Shown here in pieces: positions 54,581 to 63,859 of a DNA stretch of 64,000 bases (position 1 is its first letter; each line of letters starts with the position of its first letter). A program made the position numbers and the translations under genes. Origin of the DNA: Verrucomicrobiales bacterium (GTDB lineage: Bacteria > Verrucomicrobiota > Verrucomicrobiia > Methylacidiphilales > JAAUTS01); NCBI GenBank assembly GCA_031256975.1, contig JAIRPN010000018.1, positions 807 through 64,806 of the forward strand. The letters run 5' to 3'. The notes below the pieces were generated by a model. It saw only the letters and a program-made list of their open reading frames with translations. It searched no databases and was not told the DNA's origin.

Positions 54581-55389
54581 ACAAGTGGAAAGTAATCGTA
54601 ATGTGCCTGGCGCTGGCGGCGCTGGGCTGGTCGGGAAACGTCTGGTCGCAGTCAACGCCGCCGCCAACCACCGCGGAAACCGTGGCGGCCAAGGAAAAGG
54701 CGCACAACAAGGACAAGAGCCTGCTGGATATCTACCGTTCCGGCGGACCGGTGATGCACCTGATCGCCTTGTGCTCGGTGGGCATGATCGCCCTGAGCGC
54801 CTATTGCGGGCTAAGCTACCGCAAAAGCAAGCTGATGCCCGAGCATTTGGTCAATTCGCTGAACCAGTTGATGAGCCAGCGTGATGTGCCCGGCGCGTTC
54901 CAATTGTGCCAGCAGCATCGCGGGGTGCTGACCAATGCGCTGATGTCGGCGCTGGTGAAGGCCAATTTTGAGCGTGACATGTACAACAAGACCGCGATGG
55001 AGAACGCCGTTGCCGACGAGTGCTTCCGCGAGGAGACCAAGATGATGGTGGTGATCAACTACCTGAACACCCTGGCGGTGATGGCGCCGATGATCGGGCT
55101 GCTCGGCACGGTGATCGGCATGATTTCCAGTTTCTCTGCGCTGACGGCGGGCAGGACCGAGGCGATGGAACTGGCGGGCGGCATTGGCGAGGCGCTAACC
55201 GCGACCGCCGGCGGCTTGCTGCTGGCGATTCCGTCGATGTTCCTGTACTTCTATTTCCGCGGCATGGCGCAGGCGCAGATGGCGGATATGCACAAGACCT
55301 TGTCCAACATGCTCGACATGTTCACCGGTGAAATCTCGGTGGGCAACGAGGGCGCCAACAACCGCGTTGGCGAACGGGTGAACGGTTGA
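54577..55389 (+). CDS. exbB: MotA/TolQ/ExbB proton-channel family protein
   Basis: ATG 54577 (ATGA overlap). APMIGLLGTVIGMISSF and GGIGEALTATAGGLLLAIPSMFLYFYF are present. Confidence 0.85.
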   Translation: MNKWKVIVMCLALAALGWSGNVWSQSTPPPTTAETVAAKEKAHNKDKSLLDIYRSGGPVMHLIALCSVGMIALSAYCGLSYRKSKLMPEHLVNSLNQLMSQRDVPGAFQLCQQHRGVLTNALMSALVKANFERDMYNKTAMENAVADECFREETKMMVVINYLNTLAVMAPMIGLLGTVIGMISSFSALTAGRTEAMELAGGIGEALTATAGGLLLAIPSMFLYFYFRGMAQAQMADMHKTLSNMLDMFTGEISVGNEGANNRVGERVNG

Positions 55390-55408
55390 CCGTTAGCGGA
55401 TTGCAATC

Positions 55409-55831
55409 ATGAGTGAAACACGCCGCAGGTTGAAACGGACCCACGTGGACGAGGTCGGGCTGCAAATCGCGCCGATGATCGACGTGGTCATGCTGTTGCT
55501 GTTTTTCTTCATGCTGACCGGCAAGTTGATGCAGAACAACAAGGTGCGTTCCATCGCCCTGCCGCATGCCACCTCGGCGGTGATCCCGGGTGATGTGAGC
55601 GGACGCGACATCATCAATATCGACGAGCATGGCAAGATCAGCGCGGGCGACCAGCCGATGACCACTAAGGAATTGCAGGTTTACCTGAAAAAACGGCTGC
55701 AGGAATATCCGCCCCTGCGTATTTATGTGCGCGCTGACGCCAAGACCCCGGCCAGTGAAATCAAGCAGATCATGCGCATTGCCGCCGGAGCGGGCGCGGT
55801 GGAAGTGATCTTCGGCAGCTACCAGAGGTAA
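55409..55831 (+). CDS. exbD: ExbD/TolR family biopolymer transport protein
   Basis: LQIAPMIDVVMLLLFFFMLT plus a C-terminal periplasmic domain. Confidence 0.85.
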   Translation: MSETRRRLKRTHVDEVGLQIAPMIDVVMLLLFFFMLTGKLMQNNKVRSIALPHATSAVIPGDVSGRDIINIDEHGKISAGDQPMTTKELQVYLKKRLQEYPPLRIYVRADAKTPASEIKQIMRIAAGAGAVEVIFGSYQR

Positions 55832-55833
55832 AC

Positions 55834-56295
55834 ATGGCCACGCCCCGCAAGATAGAACACCCGGCAATTGAGTTGCAGATCGCGCCGATGATCGACGTCT
55901 GCTTTCTGCTGCTGTTCTTTTACATCATCACTTCCAAGCCGATCAAGCCCGAGGCCGACCTGAGCATGACCCTGCCCGGCACGGTGCAGCAGGAAGAGGC
56001 GTTGAACCTGCCGGACGAGCAGCGGATTGAGATCCAGGGCGACAGCAAGATCGTGATCAACGACATGCCGGTCGGCGAGCCGGGGGATTCGGCGTTGCCG
56101 CAATTGGTCACGATCCTGAAGCGTTTCAAGGAAACCTGCGACGCCAACAAGACCGAGGCGCTGATCACGCTGGCGGCGGAGGATTCCGTGCCGCACCAGC
56201 GCATTGCCGACGTGTTGAACGCCTGCGCCAGGGCCGAGATTCACGGCGTGAGTTTCGCCGTGACCGGTGATGATGAGGAAGGGGTTGCACCATGA
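55834..56295 (+). CDS. exbD: ExbD/TolR family biopolymer transport protein (second copy)
   Basis: LQIAPMIDVCFLLLFFYIIT plus a C-terminal periplasmic domain. Confidence 0.85.
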   Translation: MATPRKIEHPAIELQIAPMIDVCFLLLFFYIITSKPIKPEADLSMTLPGTVQQEEALNLPDEQRIEIQGDSKIVINDMPVGEPGDSALPQLVTILKRFKETCDANKTEALITLAAEDSVPHQRIADVLNACARAEIHGVSFAVTGDDEEGVAP

Positions 56296-57326
56296 ACAGC
56301 GGGTTGATGGTGGCGCCCGACAAGCCGACGCGCGGCAGGAAGCGCAAGCTGGTCGTTAGTGTGTTGCTGGTCAGCCTGGCGGTTCATGGCTTGGCCGGAT
56401 TGGGCGCGGCGGTGTGGGTGGTGGTGAAATATTTCCAGCCGCCGGAAGCGGTGTTTAGCGCCAAGAAAATCGTCACGATTCCGCCGAAGATCATCGACCC
56501 GAAGATGGCCTCCGGCGAACTGGAGGCGTCGTCACCCAGGCCGGCGCTAAACGAGAAAATCGCCAGCATCCGGCCCACGGATTTCGCACTGCCGGATCTG
56601 CCGACCATCCCGACCGACCAGGTCATGCAGTTCGACCCGACCGCGTCGATGATGTCGGCGAATGGTTTTGGCGGCCAGGGCAATGGTCGCGGCGGCGGTG
56701 GCGGCAACGGCGCCGAGAAAATCGACTTGGCGCTCAACGCGATCAGTTTTTTCGGACTGGAGACCAAGGGCAAGAGCGTGGTGATCCTGTTCGATATTTC
56801 ACAGAGCGTGCTGACCAAGGCGCAGAAATCCGGCGTGCCGATCGAGAAAATCCGCGACGAGACTTCCAAGCTGATCAACGCGATCAGCATCAACACCTCG
56901 TTCGGTTTGATCCAGTTCTCGCGCAATTACCAGCCCTTCAAGAAGGAACTGGTGGCGCCGACCGATGAGAACAAGCAGGCGGCCCAGCAGTGGTTGCAGA
57001 CCGAATTTCGCACCACCGGTTCGCTCGGCGGCAGCGGGGTGGTTTACACCCGGCCGAACGGCATCGAATTGGTGATGGAGCAGGCGTTCAAGATGCAGCC
57101 GGACGTGATCTATGTGGTGTCGGACTGCGACTTTCAACGCACCTTGCAAAGTGGCGAGGGGGAAAATGTTTCGCTGGAGAACCTGGACAAGGAAATCAAG
57201 CAGTGGCAGTCCGCACGCGAGGAGCCGGCGAAGATTTATTTCATTACCTTCCAGATGAAAAGCGCGCAGGCGACGATGATCCGCCAGATCGCGTCGCACA
57301 ATCACGGGCGGGTGAAAGAGCTGTAG
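56292..57326 (+). CDS. membrane-anchored VWA-domain protein occupying the TonB/TolA position of the ExbBD operon
   Basis: The order is a basic N-terminus, a TM helix (LVVSVLLVSLAVHGLAGLGAAVWVVV), a P-rich spacer, a Gly-rich linker (GGQGNGRGGGGGNG), then a VWA-like domain with MIDAS VVILFDISQS. It is a paralogue of 25210..26175 (shared FFGL..GK.V.I..D.S.S). Confidence 0.7.
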   Translation: MNSGLMVAPDKPTRGRKRKLVVSVLLVSLAVHGLAGLGAAVWVVVKYFQPPEAVFSAKKIVTIPPKIIDPKMASGELEASSPRPALNEKIASIRPTDFALPDLPTIPTDQVMQFDPTASMMSANGFGGQGNGRGGGGGNGAEKIDLALNAISFFGLETKGKSVVILFDISQSVLTKAQKSGVPIEKIRDETSKLINAISINTSFGLIQFSRNYQPFKKELVAPTDENKQAAQQWLQTEFRTTGSLGGSGVVYTRPNGIELVMEQAFKMQPDVIYVVSDCDFQRTLQSGEGENVSLENLDKEIKQWQSAREEPAKIYFITFQMKSAQATMIRQIASHNHGRVKEL

Positions 57327-57330
57327 TTTT

Positions 57331-58290
57331 ATGAATATCAAAAGAAGAATCCTGGTCTTAACTTGGTTGTCACTGGCCTTGCCGGCCTTCGCGCTGGTGC
57401 CGCCGAAAATTTCCGCGCCGGAAACATCGGTGCCGCAGGATGCGGCGGCGGTGGAAAGCGGGTCATCGTTCGTGCTGGGTTCGTGGAACATGGAATGGTT
57501 TCCCGGTCACAGCCCGAAAGTGGAGAAGAGCCAGAAACAGATCGACGCGGTGGAGAAGGTGTTGGACGAAGAAAAACCTGCCATTTTCATGTGCTGTGAG
57601 ATACGCGGCCTTGGGGCCTTGAAGTTGTTGCAACTGGATTATCCCTACATGGCCTGTACCAATATTCCGCGCGTTGCCGAAGCCGCGCAGCAAAGTGCGG
57701 GAACTTTGCCGATGCAGGGGATTGGTTTGCTCAGCAAGGTGCCGTGGAAGGAAGTCTGGACGCTGGATTTCAGCGAATTGCCCGAGGCGCCGGAACGTCC
57801 GCCGCGCGGGGTGTTGGGCGCTTTGTTCGTATTGCCCAACGGACGGCAGCTGACGGTTTACGGGGTGCACTTGAAAAGCAACCGCGGTGACGCGGAAACT
57901 GACCGGATGGAGCGGGAAAGCGCGATTGATTACATTGAATGGGACTGGCAACGCCGCCAGCTCGACCCGGCCAAGGACAACATTGTGATCATGGGCGATT
58001 TCAATACTTCACCGAACGACCCGAAATTCGCCGAGGAAAAAACCATCCGCCGTTTGCTGTCAGCGGGTTTTGTCAGCGCGGCGCAGGGATTGCCGGCGGA
58101 GCAGCGGACCACCCTGCCGGGCAAGGGCAAATATCCCGACAATGATTTTGACCATATCCTGATTTCCTCGTCCTTGCGGGCGCTAATGGCGGGCGATCCG
58201 CCGTGGCTCAAGATTGTCAAGGTTCCCGAGGCGGCCAGCGATCACAATGCGCTGTTCCTGGATGTCACGAATTGGGTTGCGCCGAAGTAA
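57331..58290 (+). CDS. secreted endonuclease/exonuclease/phosphatase (EEP) family protein
   Basis: Signal peptide is present. SWNMEWF, CCEIR, VYGVHLKS, IMGDFN, DHILIS and SDHNALFLDV are present. Confidence 0.8.
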   Translation: MNIKRRILVLTWLSLALPAFALVPPKISAPETSVPQDAAAVESGSSFVLGSWNMEWFPGHSPKVEKSQKQIDAVEKVLDEEKPAIFMCCEIRGLGALKLLQLDYPYMACTNIPRVAEAAQQSAGTLPMQGIGLLSKVPWKEVWTLDFSELPEAPERPPRGVLGALFVLPNGRQLTVYGVHLKSNRGDAETDRMERESAIDYIEWDWQRRQLDPAKDNIVIMGDFNTSPNDPKFAEEKTIRRLLSAGFVSAAQGLPAEQRTTLPGKGKYPDNDFDHILISSSLRALMAGDPPWLKIVKVPEAASDHNALFLDVTNWVAPK

Positions 58291-59290
58291 CCGGCGCGGC
58301 GTGTTCCGGATCGAGCAGCTGGTTCAACAAATTCGCCAGTCGCAATCCGGCCAGCACGATTTGTTGCCGGGCAAGTTCCTGTGAGCTGTGAACATATTCC
58401 GCCGACAGCGAAGTATTCTTGTGGGTCGGATCGAACGGCAGGGTGCCGTAGATTTTTTCACGGGCCAGCTTGTTGGTTTCCATGGCCCAAGCGGCGAAAT
58501 CAGCCTGCTGGGCGACCGGCGAAGCGGGCAGGTAATCGTTGATGCCAAACAGGTACGGTTTCACGTCATCGAGCAAGTGCGGGGAATCGTAATCCTTGGG
58601 CGGATCGATGACCACGTTGCTGTCCTTGAATCGCGCCTTATAGGCGGCGTCCCAGAAATAATGCAACACATAATGCGTCGGGTAATTGCGCGGCTTCTGG
58701 CCCGGGGCCGGTTCCTTGATCGAATTGGTGATGATGACCAGGTTTCCTCCCTGGTCAGTTGACTTTTCTTTGGATGAGGGGTCGGGGAAATAGTAACTGG
58801 CGCAGTGCAGCGGTTGATGGATGTCGCCGACCAAGTGTTCGATCATTGCCAAGGCCATGGCGGGGCTTTTGATCAAGGGATCCGTGCCGCCCCGCAGGAC
58901 TGCCACGGCGCGGTTCAGGGCCTGCACCACGTTGCCTTCCTTCGGATTGCCCAAGTCCTTGGCAGTGAACTCGGCGGGCGGATCGTCATTGGCGACGCCC
59001 ATGTCGATGTAGTGCCAGTTGGTGAACTGACCATGAAAGGGAACGTCTTCCCTCTTGGTGCGGATGTCATCCATCCAGCAGGCCAGCGTGATGAAATCGT
59101 AGCTGCGGCCCGGAAAATCAATTTGTTGTGCCAGCGCATCGGCCTTTTGCCGGGCCAATGGCGTGAGGTGTTCGGCGGCGACATTGGTGACCAGCATGTG
59201 GCCGATCGCGTCCCAAGCTTTCGCGGTTAGCGGCGGAAAAATGAATTGAACGAGCGAGGCGGTGACAAACAAACGGGCAAAATGATTCAT
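58265..59290 (-). CDS. secreted S1/P1-family nuclease
   Basis: ATG 59290 gives a signal peptide ending ..LTAKAWDAIGH (the mature protein would start with W). WMDDIR, WHYID, LVGDIHQPLH and GGN are present. Its 3' end overlaps the EEP gene by 26 nt. Confidence 0.85.
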   Translation of the reverse strand: MNHFARLFVTASLVQFIFPPLTAKAWDAIGHMLVTNVAAEHLTPLARQKADALAQQIDFPGRSYDFITLACWMDDIRTKREDVPFHGQFTNWHYIDMGVANDDPPAEFTAKDLGNPKEGNVVQALNRAVAVLRGGTDPLIKSPAMALAMIEHLVGDIHQPLHCASYYFPDPSSKEKSTDQGGNLVIITNSIKEPAPGQKPRNYPTHYVLHYFWDAAYKARFKDSNVVIDPPKDYDSPHLLDDVKPYLFGINDYLPASPVAQQADFAAWAMETNKLAREKIYGTLPFDPTHKNTSLSAEYVHSSQELARQQIVLAGLRLANLLNQLLDPEHAAPVTSAQPNS

Positions 59291-59409
59291 AGGCTGTTGC
59301 TTAGCTTGGCAGGCGGCTTCAACCGCCAATTGTCAAACAAGTAACATTTCTGTGCCATCGGGCCAGCAAAATCGGTCCGACGGCAGTGAAATGAATCAAT
59401 AAGGCCGTT

Positions 59410-60783
59410 TCAGCGCAATGGCGTGACGGTGATGTAATCGACGTTGATGCCGTTACCCTTTTCGCCAGCGAGTTTGACGGTGTTGGTCTTGCCGGGTTTC
59501 AGCGGGACGGTCAGGAAGGTGCAGCCGGTGTAGTTGTTCCAGCCGCCGGTGGCAATCGCATTGATGAAGGACCAATCCTCGTCGTTGACAATCAGGCGCA
59601 GCTTGGTGGTTTTTTCCGCGGCGAAGTAAACGCTAATGGTGGCCATGCCGCCGTCCTTGCCGTCGACTTTGTTGAATTGCAGGGAGGCATCGGCGAGGTG
59701 CAGGTTCTGCACGCTCTTGCCACCGGATGCGCCGGGGGCTTCGTTGACCGTGGCACTGCCGCTGAGGGTGGCGGTTTCGGCCTCGTACTTGACGGTCTCG
59801 GCGGTTGCCTTGGGCGCGGGTGTCGCGGTTAGCGTCGCCGGACGGGTTTGCGCGATTGGCTTGATAGTGCCGTCGTCGTTGAATTCGACTTTGTCGACAC
59901 AGACCGAGCGCAGATTGCCGCGACCGCTAATGTCGGCACAGTGATAGAACTGGTACCACTGGCCTTTGAATTCAACCAGGGAGCCGTGGCTGGTGTCGCT
60001 GCTTTGCGGGTCGAGATAGACGCCCTTGTATTCCCAGGGGCCGAGCGGGTTTTTGCTGATGGCGTAACGCATGCGGTTGGCGCCTTTTTTCTTTTCGTTT
60101 TGGTGGTTGTCGGCGTAGGTGAGATAATAGAGACCATTGCGTTTGAACACCCAGGTGGCTTCGTGGAAATCCTCCAGTCCGGTCATCAGTTGTACCTCGC
60201 CGTCGAGTTCGGTCATGTTCGGCTTGAGCTTGGCACCGACGCATTTACTGCCGCCACCGATGTAGATGTAGGCTTGGCCGTCGTCGTCGACGAAGATGCA
60301 GGGATCGATCAGCGCGAAACCGCCGAGTCCCTGAATGTAGCCCTGCGACTTGAAACCACTGGCGGGATTCTTGCTGGTGGCGACGCCGATTTTCCACGAG
60401 TCGTTCCATTTGGTTTCGCTGGGATGCGGGAAATAAAAATAGTAGGTGCCGTTCTTGTAGGCGCAGTCGGGCGCCCACATGAAGCCGCCTTCCTTGCGGC
60501 CCCATTCCACGTCGCTGGAGCGCAGGATTTCGCCGTGATCGGTCCAATGCACCAGGTCGTCGGTGGAGAACACATGATAGCGGTCCATCAAATCGCAACC
60601 GCGAGGCGGGTCCATGTCGTGCGAGGCATAGACATACAGGCGGCCGTCCGCCCACACGTGTGCCGAGGGGTCGGCGGTGTAGATGGCGGTGATGATCGGG
60701 TTGGTGAAGGTGGCGTTGTCGGCTTGCACACGGCAACCGAGGGCGCCAATGGCGATAATGGCAAGGCAGCAAAGGTGTTTCAT
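59410..60783 (-). CDS. glycoside hydrolase family 43 enzyme with C-terminal CBM6/35-like module
   Basis: Signal peptide is present. YTADPSAHVW, MWAPDCAYKNGTYYFYF and EATWVFKRNGLYYL are present. The C-terminus YEAETATLSG..GGWNNY..VDYITV is CBM6-like. Confidence 0.85.
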   Translation of the reverse strand: MKHLCCLAIIAIGALGCRVQADNATFTNPIITAIYTADPSAHVWADGRLYVYASHDMDPPRGCDLMDRYHVFSTDDLVHWTDHGEILRSSDVEWGRKEGGFMWAPDCAYKNGTYYFYFPHPSETKWNDSWKIGVATSKNPASGFKSQGYIQGLGGFALIDPCIFVDDDGQAYIYIGGGSKCVGAKLKPNMTELDGEVQLMTGLEDFHEATWVFKRNGLYYLTYADNHQNEKKKGANRMRYAISKNPLGPWEYKGVYLDPQSSDTSHGSLVEFKGQWYQFYHCADISGRGNLRSVCVDKVEFNDDGTIKPIAQTRPATLTATPAPKATAETVKYEAETATLSGSATVNEAPGASGGKSVQNLHLADASLQFNKVDGKDGGMATISVYFAAEKTTKLRLIVNDEDWSFINAIATGGWNNYTGCTFLTVPLKPGKTNTVKLAGEKGNGINVDYITVTPLR

Positions 60784-60836
60784 AGCGGTGTTAGATTAAA
60801 CGTATTATCTTCATGTTAAATAAGCAACGATTTTAT

Positions 60837-61997
60837 TTATGATAATTGTGGTGAACCGGGATTTCGGGGGCTTGTGGGAGGAAAATCTAACGCATCGGAG
60901 GGGATGCGGGTCAGGGCGGCGGTTTGCCGCAGCAGCACGGGAAATAGCCTCGCCCCAAGGGCCAACCATGGTTGCGCCAGCGGCGAGGTCATGGCATGGG
61001 AAAGCAGGGCGGCGGTTTTGATCCGGTGCGACAGGGAACGGTTGAACAAGGATTGAAATTGTGCCGGCGATTTTCCGGCCAGGTGACAACCGGCCGCCAG
61101 CCGTGCGCTGTGCAGTGCGATGGAAATGCCGTCGCCAGAAAAGGAGGGAATCACGGCGGCCTGGTCGCCCAGACGCCAGAGTTGTTCTGCACGGCGGTTC
61201 ACGTAACCATAGGGAATCGAGGAAGCCGCCAAGGGCCGCGTCCAAAGCGGTTCGGCCTGCTGCAAACGGCGGGATAAATGCGGGGACGAACTGGTCAAGT
61301 GCCGCAACAGTTTGTCCCAGGACGATCCGATTCGCTGGTAGGTGTCCTGCCGGATCAGCAAACAAAGATTGGCGATGCCGGTTTCCACCGGTTCGAGACC
61401 GCAATAACCGCCGGGAAACAGGATTAACTCAACCTGTCGTGTCAATTCCGCCTGCTGCCGCGGGGACAAGCGCCAGTGCATTTTGAAGGCAATCAGGTCA
61501 TTCTGCAATCCGCCCCGGCGTTTCCAGCCGCGCAGGTCATGCTTGCCAGTGGCGAGAAACACGCTATCCGCACGGAGCGTTTCCCCGTTGGCGAGTTGCG
61601 CCTGCCAGAGCTTTTCAGGCTGTGCGAGATTTTGCACCCTTTGCCCGCGCAGGATTTTGACGCCGTTTTGTTGTGCGCGGGTCAACAGGGCCTCGTCCAA
61701 CACACGCCGGGTCAGTGACAGGGCGCTAAACGGCAGGCGGTTTTCCGCGACGGTGCTTTTCCGGATCACGCGCACTTGGCCGATGGCCACGGCCCCCAAG
61801 TGCAGGGGATCAAGGCCGAGTTCGCGCAGGCAGCCGATCGCTTCCGTGCTCAGGAATTCACCACAGACCTTGTCGTGGGCGGCCGGTTCTTTTTCCACCA
61901 GCAACACTTCACGTCCGGCGCGTGCGAGGTGGATTGCCAGTGCTGCACCGGCAGGCCCGCCGCCAATCACCAGAACTTCATGCTGCCTTGCACTCAT
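60837..61997 (-). CDS. FAD-dependent oxidoreductase/monooxygenase (geranylgeranyl-reductase-like fold; SrsC position)
   Basis: VLVIGGGPAGAALAIHLARAG..VLLVEKE and CGEFLS are present. It overlaps the methyltransferase gene by 4 nt. Confidence 0.8.
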   Translation of the reverse strand: MSARQHEVLVIGGGPAGAALAIHLARAGREVLLVEKEPAAHDKVCGEFLSTEAIGCLRELGLDPLHLGAVAIGQVRVIRKSTVAENRLPFSALSLTRRVLDEALLTRAQQNGVKILRGQRVQNLAQPEKLWQAQLANGETLRADSVFLATGKHDLRGWKRRGGLQNDLIAFKMHWRLSPRQQAELTRQVELILFPGGYCGLEPVETGIANLCLLIRQDTYQRIGSSWDKLLRHLTSSSPHLSRRLQQAEPLWTRPLAASSIPYGYVNRRAEQLWRLGDQAAVIPSFSGDGISIALHSARLAAGCHLAGKSPAQFQSLFNRSLSHRIKTAALLSHAMTSPLAQPWLALGARLFPVLLRQTAALTRIPSDALDFPPTSPRNPGSPQLS

Positions 61998-62728
61998 GGT
62001 AGTTTTGTTTTGCTACGGCTAACGCAAAGTCGTCCGGGAAAAAAGGAGCGGAGCTGGATTTTTTCCGGCGCTAATCCTGCCTGCGCCGCGTAAGTGAGCC
62101 AGTCGGCACGGCGAAACCCGCGGCGGATGGAAACCGGGCCGTCGTGTTGTACAAAGCGGTGCCAGCGCGCGCATTTTGCCAGCAGCTTGAAGGAGTAATA
62201 GGGAATTGCCGCGCGGTGCAAATCGTTGATGAGCCAGCCAAGGCGGGCGTTTTGTTCCATCCAGCGCAGGAAGCGGACAATGTTGTCATCGTCGAGGTGA
62301 TGCGTGAACAGGGCGCTAATGACCAGATCGATATTTTGTTCGGGATGATAGGAAAACACATCGCCGCTGATCCATTCGATATTGCCGGGTTTGTCGTTAG
62401 CGGCTTTACGTGCCGCTTGTGCGGCGTGGGGATTGAGGTCGATGCCGGTCAGTTTGACGGCGATGTTGCGCCTAGCCGCCCACGTTGCGATGCGGCGCAA
62501 CCAATCTCCATACCCGCAGCCGACGTCGACGATGTGCAAAGGTTTCTCTGCGTGATAAGCGGCGGTGATTTGTTCCAGCCAGTGGAAGGTCGGCCGATAG
62601 GCGAAGGTGCTGCGGTTGACTTTGGACAAATCGCGCAGGCAGTCACGAAATTCCTGATAACTGCAGGGCTGGTCCATCAACTCGGTGAGTTGGGCACGCT
62701 TGGAGAAGTCTGGAAAATCAAACGGCAT
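61994..62728 (-). CDS. class I SAM-dependent methyltransferase (SrsB position)
   Basis: Motif I is HIVDVGCGYGDW. It overlaps the PKS gene by 11 nt. Confidence 0.8.
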   Translation of the reverse strand: MPFDFPDFSKRAQLTELMDQPCSYQEFRDCLRDLSKVNRSTFAYRPTFHWLEQITAAYHAEKPLHIVDVGCGYGDWLRRIATWAARRNIAVKLTGIDLNPHAAQAARKAANDKPGNIEWISGDVFSYHPEQNIDLVISALFTHHLDDDNIVRFLRWMEQNARLGWLINDLHRAAIPYYSFKLLAKCARWHRFVQHDGPVSIRRGFRRADWLTYAAQAGLAPEKIQLRSFFPGRLCVSRSKTKLP

Positions 62729-63788
62729 GGAACAGCAGGGTTTCGGCGGTCAGGCCGGGGCCGAAGGACATGGCGCAACCGGACTGTCCGGCGCGGGCGT
62801 TAGCGAGCAGTTGTTGCAGGACAAACATCACGGTGGCGGAGGACATGTTGCCGAATTGTCGCAGCACGGAGCGCGAGGCAGCCAGGTTTTCCGGCGCTAA
62901 TGACAGGCCTTGTTCCACCGCGTCGAGAATGGAGCGTCCGCCCGGATGCACCGCCCACAGGTCGATGGCGGTTGCGGCTTGCCCGCCGGTGATTTCACGC
63001 TTCTTGCTTTTCAGTGAACGGTTGATCACGCCGGGCACTTGTCCGGACAGCAGCATGTCAAAGCCGAGTCCGCCGATTTTCCAGGTGATCAACTCGCGGG
63101 TGCCTGGAATTTGCACGGCGTGAAAGTTATCGAGCGCAAAACCGCTTGGCTGTGCACTGACCAGACTGGCCGAGCAACCGTCGCCGAAAATCAGGAACGA
63201 CAGCATTTGTTCAAGATCCTGCGTTTCCTGCAAATGCAGGGTGCAAAGTTCGAGGTTCAGCACCAGCACACAGGCGTCGGGTTGCGAACGCACCACATGG
63301 CGGGCGAATTTCAGCGCGTTGATCGCGGCATAACAACCCATGAAGCCGATCATGGTGCGTTCCACTGCGGGGTTGAGTCCGAGGTGGTCCACGATTTCAA
63401 AGTCCAGCCCCGGTGCGTAGAGTCCGGTGCAGGTGGTGACGACCACATGGCTGATGCGACGGAGCTCATCCGCGCTGAGGGCCAGTCTTTCCAAAGTGCG
63501 GTGGGCCAGCGGCGGAGCCAGCTGCTCGAATTTTTTCATCCGCCAGGCGGTGTCGGGAAAATTGCCGCGCAGGTAGAACGGCCCGGCATCCACCCAGAAG
63601 CCTTCGGCGGTGGTGACGGCCTGCAGGCAGGAGAAGCGGTGCCGGATTTCCGCCTTGCGGGCCATGCGGTGGAAGAGTTTGCGCGCGGTTTCGTTTTCCA
63701 GTGAACGTGCGGCATACTCAATGAAGGAGTTGTGCACGTCATGATCGGGAACGGCGGTGGCGATGCGGTTAAGGTGCGCGACAGTCAT
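62718..63788 (-). CDS. type III polyketide synthase (chalcone/stilbene synthase family; SrsA position)
   Basis: The catalytic triad context is present: VVTTCTGLYAPG (Cys), WAVHPGGRSILD (His) and FGNMSSATV (Asn). Confidence 0.9.
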   Translation of the reverse strand: MTVAHLNRIATAVPDHDVHNSFIEYAARSLENETARKLFHRMARKAEIRHRFSCLQAVTTAEGFWVDAGPFYLRGNFPDTAWRMKKFEQLAPPLAHRTLERLALSADELRRISHVVVTTCTGLYAPGLDFEIVDHLGLNPAVERTMIGFMGCYAAINALKFARHVVRSQPDACVLVLNLELCTLHLQETQDLEQMLSFLIFGDGCSASLVSAQPSGFALDNFHAVQIPGTRELITWKIGGLGFDMLLSGQVPGVINRSLKSKKREITGGQAATAIDLWAVHPGGRSILDAVEQGLSLAPENLAASRSVLRQFGNMSSATVMFVLQQLLANARAGQSGCAMSFGPGLTAETLLFHAV

Positions 63789-63859
63789 GGGACTCCGGCC
63801 GTTAGTGCGGGCATGTGTTCAAAATATAAACAAGCTGTGCCGCTTTGCAAAATGCAGGG

